From: a virus
Taxonomy: Duplodnaviria; Heunggongvirae; Uroviricota; Caudoviricetes
Length of the DNA stretch: 64,000 nt
IMG/VR virus record: IMGVR_UViG_3300029156_000001
Location: 1-64,000 of that record
Strand: one strand, 5' to 3'
Part shown: positions 18,420-27,228 of the stretch, in pieces
How the letters are laid out: each line of letters opens with the position of its first letter
Numbering within the stretch: the stretch's first letter is position 1
Notes under the pieces: model-generated
What the model saw: the letters and a program-made list of their open reading frames with translations, nothing else
Told to the model about the DNA's origin: nothing
Database searches by the model: none
Made by a program: the position numbers and the translations under genes

Positions 18420-18685
18420 GCTATGACTTCAAATTCTTCTAGAAGCCATACCTCATCATCAACCCATTCGGACCAACCATCGAAGAGAATCTCAATAGAC
18501 CAACGTTCTGGTCCGTTTTCCTTAATTCTCACTTGACAACCCTCATGTTGTCCTTGTGTCCTAAGGTCAGCCTGTAAATCTTGCTGGATAAATGCGATTG
18601 CTTTTTGCTTATCTAGATAGATATCAATATTTTGTGGTGAACAATCGACCGAATCCCACCCTCGTCTAACAAGATATACTTTCAT
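18416..18685 (-). CDS. hypothetical protein
   Basis: 89 aa ORF, start/stop coupled with neighbours. Confidence 0.3.
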   Translation of the reverse strand: MKVYLVRRGWDSVDCSPQNIDIYLDKQKAIAFIQQDLQADLRTQGQHEGCQVRIKENGPERWSIEILFDGWSEWVDDEVWLLEEFEVIA

Positions 18686-18945
18686 GAGATTCTAATCTTA
18701 ATTTTGCGATAAACACCACTTTTTGCTGTTAGGTGATGCAAATGCACAAGATTCAAATACTCAAGAAACTCCTGTTTGTTACGATAAACAATATGGGGAC
18801 ATTTTCCGCTTTTGTTTTTTAGTATCCATTGATCATTTTCTACGCAGACAATGTACTTCTCTTGAATTTCATCTTTGAGCACCCATGCGACATGATCACC
18901 TGGGTCTACATCGTAAATGAGTGGGCTGTTATCTAGTATTAGCAT
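18682..18945 (-). CDS. hypothetical protein
   Basis: 87 aa ORF, coupled. Confidence 0.3.
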   Translation of the reverse strand: MLILDNSPLIYDVDPGDHVAWVLKDEIQEKYIVCVENDQWILKNKSGKCPHIVYRNKQEFLEYLNLVHLHHLTAKSGVYRKIKIRIS

Positions 18946-19019
18946 ATTAATGTTTTGGAGCCGGTTCCCGGTACCGCCCCGGGGGCTAAAGCTTACAAGG
19001 CAATTGTTTTACTATTAAA

Positions 19020-19391
19020 CTAAACCGGCTTACGCCTAATGCGTTTGGCGTTTTTGTGTGATTTGAAAGCACGGCAAATACTGCATCTACAGCCACCATC
19101 ATACTTTCTATTTGTACCATGTTTTGCTGGTGGAATCTGACTAATGGTTTTAGCAAGATGACATGGGTGGCATAAAACTTGACACTTCGCAAGTTCTTTT
19201 TGTAGTCTCTTTTCGGACCAAGACCAAACTCTATGTTCTATTTTTTGACTAGGATCAATATGATCAACCTCTAGTCTTTTACTGGAGCCACACTTTACAC
19301 AAGGACCATTTTTCTCTAGCCAATCAGCACGTCGTCGAGCCACCATGAGACGCTGATATTCTCGTTGTTTATTTGGATCCTTGTATGGCAT
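19020..19391 (-). CDS. HNH endonuclease
   Basis: CVKCGS...EVDHIDPS...CHPCH motif. Confidence 0.7.
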   Translation of the reverse strand: MPYKDPNKQREYQRLMVARRRADWLEKNGPCVKCGSSKRLEVDHIDPSQKIEHRVWSWSEKRLQKELAKCQVLCHPCHLAKTISQIPPAKHGTNRKYDGGCRCSICRAFKSHKNAKRIRRKPV

Positions 19392-19623
19392 ATGGACTAA
19401 AAGACATCAGGCACTTTCCATGTATCTTTCCAAATTGGTGCTCGAAAAACACGATCTTCTTTTGTGTTGTGCCATGCTCCGCATGAACATGGGCCATCAT
19501 CAAGATCGCATTCTGATCCGTTACGTCTTTTCCATCCTGTGCGTTCGTCCGTTTCCCAATCGGTATCGAAGACCGCTTCTAGGTAACCATCTTCGCGATA
19601 TACACATCTGGTGATAGCCATAA

Positions 19624-19929
19624 CTATTTGTACAGCTTAAAGCTTTCGAAAAGTTCAGGCCACTCTTTACGGGGACAGAATGCGACCGCAACAGTTTCGT
19701 GACCAATGACGGATTCCGTGATGACAACGTGATTGTCCGCGTTAGACATAGCTTGTGCTAATTCTGCATCGTTTACGATACAGGTGACCTTCCTAAAGGA
19801 GTCCGCAAGCCATCGTTGCATATCTCGATGGCCCGCATACTTGAGAAAGCAAGCCACCGAGGCGTGAGCGACACCATTTATTGCATACCCAAGGGGTACG
19901 TCTTCTCGCACCAGAATATACATTTTCAT
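19624..19929 (-). CDS. peptidyl-tRNA hydrolase, PTH2 family
   Basis: KMYILVREDVxLGxxxxGVAHASVA aligns with PTH2 MxLVVRxDLxMGKGKxAAQCSHA; C-terminal ...FKLYK matches PTH2 C-terminus (...LKLY); ~100 aa size. Confidence 0.7.
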   Translation of the reverse strand: MKMYILVREDVPLGYAINGVAHASVACFLKYAGHRDMQRWLADSFRKVTCIVNDAELAQAMSNADNHVVITESVIGHETVAVAFCPRKEWPELFESFKLYK

Positions 19930-19941
19930 GTCGCTACTCTC

Positions 19942-20286
19942 CTAATTATTGTAAGCCTTACGGCCAAAAAGTCGTACTGCACGGTACATCATATGACGTT
20001 TAATTAAACCTACCCCCGACTCTTTCATGACACGTAAAAAGATGCCGTCTGCATCCTTGCGTGATACCTCATGTGAGGAATAGAGCCAATCATGTAGGAC
20101 TGCCGCCTTGGTATACTTGCCTGTGGGCGGCACAATGTTCCAGAATGCACGGGGCACACTGGCAAAGTCTGTTGTAAATGAAGCGGGAACAACAAAAGTA
20201 TCTCTAGCACCCTCGTACACGAGATCTTGCAGTAGTTCCCATCTGTCGTTTTTACCCTCTTTAACGTGAAGCTCTGTTACGAACAT
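19942..20286 (-). CDS. DUF1353-family phage protein
   Basis: TDFASVPR...W...P..G.Y..AAVLHDWLY pattern characteristic of DUF1353. Confidence 0.45.
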   Translation of the reverse strand: MFVTELHVKEGKNDRWELLQDLVYEGARDTFVVPASFTTDFASVPRAFWNIVPPTGKYTKAAVLHDWLYSSHEVSRKDADGIFLRVMKESGVGLIKRHMMYRAVRLFGRKAYNN

Positions 20287-20333
20287 ATTATCCCCCCTTT
20301 TTTATTAGGACCCATAAGATAATACGCTAAGAG

Positions 20334-20408
20334 TGGTACTCCGAGAGGGTATCGATCCCTCTTCTCCACCTTGAAAGGGTGGTATCCTAGCCAGTAGACG
20401 ACCGGAGC
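20334..20408 (-). tRNA. tRNA-Glu (anticodon UUC)
   Basis: acceptor GCTCCGG/TCGGAGT, anticodon arm CCACC-CTTTCAA-GGTGG, T-arm GAGGG-ATCGATA-CCCTC, encoded CCA. Confidence 0.6.
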
Positions 20409-20439
20409 TATCGGGCGGCGATGCCGCCCTCAAAGTTAT

Positions 20440-20517
20440 TGGTCTGCGGTGTGAGAATCGAACTCACCCGGAGAGATCAGGCCCCGACTCTCCCCTTAGG
20501 GAGTTCCCTGACCGCAG
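20440..20517 (-). tRNA. tRNA-like element with canonical acceptor/T-arm but unresolvable D/anticodon arms (possible pseudo-tRNA)
   Basis: acceptor CTGCGGT/ACCGCAG, T-arm GTGAG-TTCGATT-CTCAC, encoded CCA; interior contains GGAGAG...CTCTCC stem enclosing a 12-nt loop instead of a 7-nt anticodon loop. Confidence 0.35.
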
Positions 20518-20840
20518 TATTCTTCACGAAGCTCGCGAAGGGCAATTTTGTAGAGACGATAGTATTCGCTATCATCAGGTAGGCCGTGACGGTAATCCGA
20601 ACCACGAAGTTCGTGATATAGATTTAGGGCGGCGGTGATCTTGGGCTTCCTTCTTTGTGCCATGTTGGCCGCCCTAAAGGATTCCTTAAGCTTCACTCGT
20701 TGAGCAGTAGGAATGTCGCTCCAGCTAACGTCGCCCCAACTGGTGCGGGGGAACTTAGGAAGCGGACCAGTCTTACGTTCAGACTTTAGTTGTACTTGCT
20801 CGACTGCCAGATCTTTGATTAGTTGTTTCAATTCTCTCAT
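20496..20840 (-). CDS. hypothetical protein
   Basis: 114 aa ORF; 3' end overlaps the tRNA-like element. Confidence 0.3.
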   Translation of the reverse strand: MRELKQLIKDLAVEQVQLKSERKTGPLPKFPRTSWGDVSWSDIPTAQRVKLKESFRAANMAQRRKPKITAALNLYHELRGSDYRHGLPDDSEYYRLYKIALRELREEYCGQGTP

Positions 20841-20944
20841 ATCTATTCTCCATTTAAAGCGTTTACTTGAAATACAAAAACAGATATGGTGTCACGGTGG
20901 TCTATGTGTCTACGACATGATTTGCCTTTCGGGCAAAGAGTTGA

Positions 20945-21020
20945 TGGAGGGCACGGTGAGGTTCGAACTCACATCTTCCCGGTTTAGAGCCGGGTGCATT
21001 TCCACTAATGCTACGTGCCC
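20945..21020 (-). tRNA. amber suppressor tRNA (anticodon CUA), U73
   Basis: fully canonical 76-nt fold: acceptor GGGCACG/CGTGCCC, D-arm GCAT-TAGTGGAA-ATGC, anticodon arm CCCGG-CTCTAAA-CCGGG (U33, anticodon C-U-A, A37), T-arm GTGAG-TTCGAAC-CTCAC, encoded CCA. Confidence 0.65.
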
Positions 21021-21147
21021 CTACTCCCCGCTAACGGGGGAATTGTAAATGGCTGCCCTGGTTATGTTGCTTCCTTAGGAATTCAGATATCATGCAAGAA
21101 AACTGGCTACAGCCGCATTTGTTTCTGCCGCTTTTGCGGCAGTTGAG

Positions 21148-21223
21148 TGGTGGAAAGCTGGGGAATCGAACCCCACACACGGAGCTTGCAAAGCTCTGTC
21201 GCCTCCTTGGTACATGGCCCCCC
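21148..21223 (-). tRNA. tRNA-Ala (anticodon UGC), G3-U70
   Basis: acceptor GGGGGGC/GCTTTCC with G3-U70, anticodon arm (A)GAGC-TTTGCAA-GCTC(C), T-arm TGGGG-TTCGATT-CCCCA, ends CCACCA; D-arm poorly defined. Confidence 0.45.
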
Positions 21224-21234
21224 CATTATAAGCG

Positions 21235-21312
21235 AGTGACTAGGATTCGAACCTAGATCGTGAGCGTCAATAAGACTGGCCAGTCTGGGTGCTCATGTGT
21301 TACCGTTACACT
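21235..21312 (-). tRNA. tRNA-like element with expanded (~25 nt) anticodon-region loop; possible pseudogene
   Basis: T-arm CTAGG-TTCGAAT-CCTAG, D-arm GTGT-AACGGTA-ACAC, acceptor AGAGTGA/TCACTCG, no encoded CCA; TGAGC...GCTCA stem encloses 25 nt including palindrome AGACTGGCCAGTCT. Confidence 0.3.
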
Positions 21313-22664
21313 ATCACTCTATTCTCATATGTCTTTTACAGCATCTTCCGGAAGCTTCGTCTGTTTCTGTTACACTGACGTTGACATAATCGAAGTTCTA
21401 AAACTCGAAAAAGGTAGGACTTGCACCCACCAGCGGTTGTACGACCTATTTAGCTGCCTAATATTTTACGAGGACTCGAACCTCTTACCCTCCAAGGGAA
21501 TGCCGAATCGAACGGCTAACTGCTATTTTCATTTTCGAGCGTTTTGAAACGCAGGCACGACTGGAATCGAACCAGTATTTCCCTGCCGGGCGTACTATCC
21601 ATATTATACTACGTCTTAGTCCTGCGTTGAAAGATAGAGCATCTTGCGATCCCCTTCGTTTGTTTCGCTAGGATTCGCTGTAAATTCTTTCAAGGGCTTC
21701 CACACCCTCACCGGATCGTACGAACCCCGGCGGCTTCTACAACTATTACTATCCACAAACAAACTGAGGCTACGTCACACCTGTCGCAAGTTCACGTAGT
21801 CAGGTTCAGAAGGCATCGGCAATGTACTAGTCATTGCTTACTGAATTCATTTCCTTCGTCTGCCATACTCTATTGTACTATTGTAGGGGTTAAGGACTCC
21901 CTACGAGCCCCAATTTTGGTAACCACTGAAATTGGAAACGGGGCCGATTCACCTTTTTGGATCCACACTTTTATCTTGTCGGCAAAACCATTAGTGTTCT
22001 TAAATCTCGCACCGATCTAGTATAGGCAGCATTCCCGTGGTGACACACGGTCTCTTGCCACAACCTTAATCGTACGCTTCGGATGCGTCACCATCCATCC
22101 CTGTACTCGCTCATCCAGCTTCCGCAACGCTAGTGGATACCAGCCTTGCCGAAGGCAAGCTTTTCTCTATCCTGCGGCACACCCGAAGGCGACCGACTAA
22201 CAGCCTCAGCCCGGCCAAGAGCATAAGGTTTAATGTCCGGAGAACTCGGACAATACGTTCGCTTCGCTCACGAAGCGTTGATTTTGCGGGTTATGGGCCT
22301 CCCGCCAGCCACCTAAGAGTAACCGTCCGCTTTGACGTAACGAGACAGCAAGCGTAGCCGTCTCCCTCTTTCGGTCGTTCGATTTTGGAGCAAAAGCTCC
22401 AAGGAATATATCGTGCCGGTAGCTAAGCGGCAGCCGGTGATCGCTAATACAGGCCAAGTTTCCATCGATGTTTCCATCGTGTACTGACAAGCTGGTGGCT
22501 GGACGATACGTCCCTTACAGCAGCGGACGCTGAGCGTCTCCGCTGCCGTAGAGGTGATCCCGAGTTGTCGGATGGCATCGCTGCCAGAGCCCGAGGTATT
22601 GCCGCCTCACGATCCCCTGCGAAAAGCAGGCTAGACCCGGCTCGTCACGTCACCGCGACAGGAC

Positions 22665-22692
22665 ATTATACACCGACCAAGGCCAATGTCAA
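22665..22692 (-). promoter_or_regulatory. strong sigma70-type promoter (TTGACA-17-TATAAT) firing into the ORF-free region 22660-21330
   Basis: minus-strand sequence TTGACATTGGCCTTGGTCGGTGTATAAT (plus-strand reverse complement at 22665-22692). Confidence 0.6.
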
Positions 22693-22703
22693 GCTGTCCC
22701 TAG

Positions 22704-22728
22704 AAAAAATCAACCCGGCACTTCCGGG
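22704..22728 (-). terminator. intrinsic terminator downstream of HNH gene
   Basis: hairpin CCCGGAAGTGCCGGG followed by TTGATTTTTT on the minus strand. Confidence 0.6.
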
Positions 22729-22770
22729 TCTGAGATAAATATACACTACACGAGACGGTTTGTCAAACAC

Positions 22771-23250
22771 CTAATCTATATCTTTCCACCTTCGTCTGTG
22801 GATGATATGGGCTACCATTGTCTTAGAAATGCCAAACAGTACAGCAATCTTCATCTGGGACATACCATCGGAGGCAGATTGTCGGATTGCGATAACGTCC
22901 TTAATCGTCAGTTTTGCCCTCATTTGTGGGGCACGTCCTTTATCCATCATATCACGGATATTGGTCTTTTGGGTGCCCTGAAACAAATGATCTGGTCGTA
23001 CGCACCTTCGATTATCGCACTCGTGTAAAATATATTGATCGTCTAAGGTGCCATACGTAAGTCGCCAGGACATACGATGGGCACCGATTGTGCCTTCTGA
23101 TCTGCGACCAAGTGCAAACCACCCATAGCCATTTGGATAAAGTGCTCCGGTCCACTCCCAACATTGAGTAGACATATTGCTATCTACACCAAATATACCA
23201 GAGTGTTTATTGACCTTGGCCCAAAAACGATCTTCGATTGATTTTTTCAT
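22771..23250 (-). CDS. HNH homing endonuclease (HNH_3 family with C-terminal HTH)
   Basis: CWEWTG...AHRMSW...HxCDNRRCVRPDHLFQGTQKTN motif; paralog of the 2986-3477 endonuclease. Confidence 0.8.
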   Translation of the reverse strand: MKKSIEDRFWAKVNKHSGIFGVDSNMSTQCWEWTGALYPNGYGWFALGRRSEGTIGAHRMSWRLTYGTLDDQYILHECDNRRCVRPDHLFQGTQKTNIRDMMDKGRAPQMRAKLTIKDVIAIRQSASDGMSQMKIAVLFGISKTMVAHIIHRRRWKDID

Positions 23251-23314
23251 ATACGGATTTAGGGGTGGACAGTCCGAAGACTGGCCACCCCTAGCAACAA
23301 GGAAAGGTTATTTC

Positions 23315-24163
23315 TTATAGACGAATGATGAAGCCCCCGGCTCCAGCGGCGGGATCCGTGTCGTCGTCGTAGTCGTCTTCATCGAAAACGTAACAGGTCT
23401 CTTCCTCTTCCTCAACCTCCGTCTCGTCGTAGAGCGGACTTTGGAGGATGGTCGCGTGATCGACCTCGCGGAGCACTTCGTATTTGCAGACCCGGAGCTT
23501 CTGAGCGGAAGCGTAGGGCACGCTCACGCAGTCAGCGGGATCGACAGCAACCAGGACGACGCGACCGCCACTGGTAGCCCAGGACGACGCATAGCTCTGC
23601 GAGCCTACGTGATATCCGTACGAGCACGACTGACGGGCATCGTCGTCCACCTGATTACGCGGCATGGAAATCACTTTGCCCGGCGAGTTGTCAACCGTGC
23701 CAGTGTATCGATCAGTGAAATCACCGCTGATACCTTTGTAGCCAACGAAGCGTCCATCTTCCATGAGGGCCATGCCCTCATTTTCAAGGAAGCCATAAAG
23801 CTCCTCGACCGAACGACGCGACGGGTTGGACATGAGCCGCTCAAGGAACCGCACAAGCGGCTGGAACGGCAGACCTTGATTGAAGAATTGCGTAATGCGA
23901 GTGGCAACGGTGCCATGCACCGGCTCGCCATCGAAGGACACTTCACCGTATTGGTTAACGGTAACGTTGCCATCGGTATAGGTACTCATGGCTTGCGGAA
24001 TATCCACCAGCGTCGGGAGCACGTCCCAGGTCTTGTCACGAATCGCATCAAGAATGGCTTGATGGTTCGGGTGACTTTGACCAATCGAATGAGTTTGACC
24101 TTCGAGAATCAGGGTGACGTTGAGATCGCCCGTGATCAGGTACTTCGGTTGTTCAGTATTCAT
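23315..24163 (-). CDS. hypothetical protein with acidic C-terminal tail
   Basis: 282 aa; C-terminus EVEEEEETCYVFDEDDYDDDTD; coupled to downstream rIIA-like gene. Confidence 0.4.
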   Translation of the reverse strand: MNTEQPKYLITGDLNVTLILEGQTHSIGQSHPNHQAILDAIRDKTWDVLPTLVDIPQAMSTYTDGNVTVNQYGEVSFDGEPVHGTVATRITQFFNQGLPFQPLVRFLERLMSNPSRRSVEELYGFLENEGMALMEDGRFVGYKGISGDFTDRYTGTVDNSPGKVISMPRNQVDDDARQSCSYGYHVGSQSYASSWATSGGRVVLVAVDPADCVSVPYASAQKLRVCKYEVLREVDHATILQSPLYDETEVEEEEETCYVFDEDDYDDDTDPAAGAGGFIIRL

Positions 24164-24165
24164 GG

Positions 24166-26115
24166 TTAGGATCCCAATTCGTTTTTCATTTTGATGTATT
24201 CAAGTACATCTTTAAGGTCTGCGTATCGTAGGTTGATGTTACTGATCAGCGGATACCGCTGTCGGAAAAGGTCAAGGTAGTCCGGAGCTTCCGGAAGTGT
24301 CAGATCGAATCGTTGCAGTAACGTACGCCACTCATGCGGCGGCTGCTCCGTCCGTAGGAAGGCCACGACGTTCGTGCATGTTTCTGACAGACCGTCGATT
24401 CCATTAAGAAAACTACTCTCGTAAGGATTATAACTATCGTGATGCCATACGGCCCGGGTCATGTCGTTAGCTGTGGTGACGAAGGTTTCCATCGCTTTAC
24501 GGGCCAGCACTTCAAGGTCTTTCAGACCAAGGCCGTCTCGTAGTTTTTCATAGCGATTCATCGGCAGTCCGTACACCGTCTCGATACCAATGCTGGCAGC
24601 GATACGCTGAGCTTCGGAGGGATCCATATGAACCCCCATGAAAACAACATGGTATCCTCTACGTTGGACGCATGCTGCCTTGGTAGTGGTCACGTTGGCT
24701 TCGTCAACGTTTGTCCACTTCTCAGACATGCGACGAGCCCAGCCGTCACCAATTTGCTTAATGTAGGTACGGTTGCCACCGTTAGAGCCGCCGCCTCCGT
24801 TATTGCGGGGTGCTTGAGGAATTTCCGTTAGCTTGATCGCGGGCTCGCCCAGCATTTTAGCAAAGCGTGCTGCGTTTTCGATGGTGGCAAGATAGACAAT
24901 CGTGCCTCGCTCTTGGTTACGGATCCAGTGTCGCAGGTTGTTCTTAAGTCCTTGCCTAATGCTGCCGGGTTCTTCCACGTCGCATTCAACGAATGCATAT
25001 TGCGAACCCGAGTAAGGACGCAGATGACTCTCGAAACGGTCCTGCCCAACAAAAAGCTTATCTCCGCGAAGCTCCGCTTTACGAAGAGTGTAGACGCCTT
25101 CGCGTGCAGTCGGTAGCGAATTGACCGTAGCAGAAAAGTTAAGTAGGTTGCCAAATTGCTTAAGGGCAATCAAACGCTCCAGTAGGCTATTGCAATGTCC
25201 AAGCGAAGATTGAATTTTCTTGTTGACAATCTCCTGAGCTTCATTAATACGTTTTTGAATAGCGGCCACAGTGGCCTTATCGTATTGGAGTTCTTCTCGG
25301 CTCACGGCAGGCTGACACTCACCCACGGGCACGTACAGCACAAGCTCCGCAGATCGACCAAGCTTGTGTTCAATTTTGTTTTCTGAAACAGCGTAACACA
25401 CCTTGCCCATGACGACGCTGATTTTTCCAGCGGCATTCGCATCGCCATCGTAGATGGCCCAACCGTCACCCTCGTAGACCGGCTCTGCCTCTTCTTCGAA
25501 TTCAACACGGGCACCCGTGAAATTCGGCTTGACAGGGAAAAACCGGAAAACACTTTCGGCGTTACGTTGGAATTCGTATTGATCCCCAGGTCGCGTATCG
25601 AGACGAACCTCAAGGCCATCGGGCTCGTCAGTGGATTGCGTATTGACCAAAGCAATGGTCGGCTCACCCGTTTCGGCTTTAAATGCTGAATATGTACGAG
25701 CTTCGCCATTCAGATAAGCGACAACCGTAAACATATCGGTATAGGCAAAGGGCGATTTCGAGCCCAGGCCAAAGCCACCAGTCGCTTCTTCGGATTCACG
25801 ATTGATAGATTCGAAGTAAACGGTGTAAACATTGAGGATGGCGTCGTGATCGAGGCTCGGTCCGAAGTCGCGGATCGCGAACCAGGGCTCCATCGAGTTC
25901 GGAAGATGAACGTCGAAAGGCACGTCGGCCTTGCCGACCGCGATGTGGGCGTCTGCCGCGTTGGTGGAAAGTTCGCGGACGATGGCAAGCCTGGGATCCG
26001 TATAGAGCCCGTCGGACAGGATTTGGAACGCCTGGACGTTCGCTGCGATCCGGAAGGTTTGCTCCGGAAAGTCGCCTGAACGCTTAATGTCGCGTTTCTG
26101 AGAGGTGAGTTTCAT
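24166..26115 (-). CDS. rIIA: rIIA-like protein (HATPase_c N-terminal domain)
   Basis: N-terminus FRIAANVQAFQILSDGLYTDPRLAIVRELSTNAADAH aligns with T4 rIIA [37 protein letters not shown]; 649 aa. Confidence 0.6.
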   Translation of the reverse strand: MKLTSQKRDIKRSGDFPEQTFRIAANVQAFQILSDGLYTDPRLAIVRELSTNAADAHIAVGKADVPFDVHLPNSMEPWFAIRDFGPSLDHDAILNVYTVYFESINRESEEATGGFGLGSKSPFAYTDMFTVVAYLNGEARTYSAFKAETGEPTIALVNTQSTDEPDGLEVRLDTRPGDQYEFQRNAESVFRFFPVKPNFTGARVEFEEEAEPVYEGDGWAIYDGDANAAGKISVVMGKVCYAVSENKIEHKLGRSAELVLYVPVGECQPAVSREELQYDKATVAAIQKRINEAQEIVNKKIQSSLGHCNSLLERLIALKQFGNLLNFSATVNSLPTAREGVYTLRKAELRGDKLFVGQDRFESHLRPYSGSQYAFVECDVEEPGSIRQGLKNNLRHWIRNQERGTIVYLATIENAARFAKMLGEPAIKLTEIPQAPRNNGGGGSNGGNRTYIKQIGDGWARRMSEKWTNVDEANVTTTKAACVQRRGYHVVFMGVHMDPSEAQRIAASIGIETVYGLPMNRYEKLRDGLGLKDLEVLARKAMETFVTTANDMTRAVWHHDSYNPYESSFLNGIDGLSETCTNVVAFLRTEQPPHEWRTLLQRFDLTLPEAPDYLDLFRQRYPLISNINLRYADLKDVLEYIKMKNELGS

Positions 26116-26220
26116 GGTTTCCTTGTTGTTGTGCCCCCTTCATCGAGGACACCACATTATACGCCCTATCGGACATATGTCAAGCCGGGGCAAGTAAAAA
26201 CTCACCCCGGCTTGGATTGA

Positions 26221-27228
26221 TCAGTCTCGCTCAGGCGTGGGCATTTGCATAAGCAGCCCACCATTGAGCCCTTCGGAGCCACCCATAAACCATTGCGGGT
26301 ATTCTCCGTTCCACTGGTCCGCAAGTCGCATCTGGAGTTCGATCCTTTTCATTTCCAGAAACACGGGGTTGCTTTGAGCTTCCGCAGTAGCTTCGTTGAT
26401 GGACCGCAGGCCGTCCGCTTCACCTTGAGCGATCGTGCGTGCTTTTTCAGCAAAGGCCAAAGCTTCTTGTTCGATCTGAGCGTTCTTGTCGGTCTGTGCC
26501 TCTAGCAGAGCGGCGGCAACCACCTTCTCTTGCTGAGCCACGAACGTTGCGTTGATCGACTCTTGGATCTGAGGGTCTTCGTAGGTGAAGCCACCGAACA
26601 TACCGACAGTCGTAATGGTGATGCCGTACTGCTCAAAGAACGGAATGGTATCTGCCCTAATAGCCTCGATGATCTCGGTCTTTTCGGTACGCAAAAGATC
26701 CATGTTGGATCGTGCGGCCCTGTCGGCGGCAACCGCCTGGATGCGGGCACGAACCTCGGTATCCATAACGTCTGCCAGCGAACGGGCACGATACTGATAC
26801 AGGAATCTCGACGTATCTGCTTCCTCAACCTTGCCGGTTGCAGTAAACCCTACCGAGAAGCCGATGGAATCTTTGGACTCAATCCAGATAGCTTCATCCC
26901 TATCTGCGTTGGTGCCACCTTCGGCAACCCATTCACGAGTCACGGGGGTACGGTCAACAGTGATTACGCGAATCTGAGGCATGTACTCGCCAGTCAGATA
27001 AACGTAACCAGTTTTCACCCAGCGGTGCGGCACCTGGATCCGCTTGGTCGCAACCTTGCGGGTCTCAAGATACTCTTCCGAATCGAAGGAAACTTGATCA
27101 GCGTTATTGCTATCTAGCGGAATAACGTAAGCAGTCTCGGAGTTTTCGATAGTCTCGAACACCTGAGGCATGTACGGACGACAACTAGTAAGGCCAATAA
27201 TGACCAAGAGCGGCAGTAGGAATTTCAT
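26221..27228 (-). CDS. SPFH/band-7 domain lipoprotein
   Basis: signal peptide with LTSC lipobox; central SPFH-like region and Ala/Glu-rich coiled coil (EQEALAFAEKARTIAQGEADGLRSINEATAEAQ). Confidence 0.55.
   Translation of the reverse strand: MKFLLPLLVIIGLTSCRPYMPQVFETIENSETAYVIPLDSNNADQVSFDSEEYLETRKVATKRIQVPHRWVKTGYVYLTGEYMPQIRVITVDRTPVTREWVAEGGTNADRDEAIWIESKDSIGFSVGFTATGKVEEADTSRFLYQYRARSLADVMDTEVRARIQAVAADRAARSNMDLLRTEKTEIIEAIRADTIPFFEQYGITITTVGMFGGFTYEDPQIQESINATFVAQQEKVVAAALLEAQTDKNAQIEQEALAFAEKARTIAQGEADGLRSINEATAEAQSNPVFLEMKRIELQMRLADQWNGEYPQWFMGGSEGLNGGLLMQMPTPERD

Noticed and set aside
21148-21223. tmRNA 3' domain (G3-U70, UCCACCA end)
   Set aside because: The complementary 5' acceptor strand and an anticodon stem-loop (UGC) lie within 76 nt, so it folds as an ordinary tRNA-Ala rather than a tmRNA tRNA-like domain.
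21660-22700. RNase P RNA or tmRNA in the ORF-free region
   Set aside because: Could not find the P4 GGAAAGUCCGG/ACAGAANCCGGCUUA elements or a tag-peptide frame ending ALAA with tRNA-Ala-like termini by eye; left as unclassified structured RNA pending covariance-model search.
23441-24169. 242-aa plus-strand ORF antisense to the 23315-24163 gene
   Set aside because: Fully contained in and antisense to a co-directional, translationally coupled minus-strand gene string; shadow ORF.
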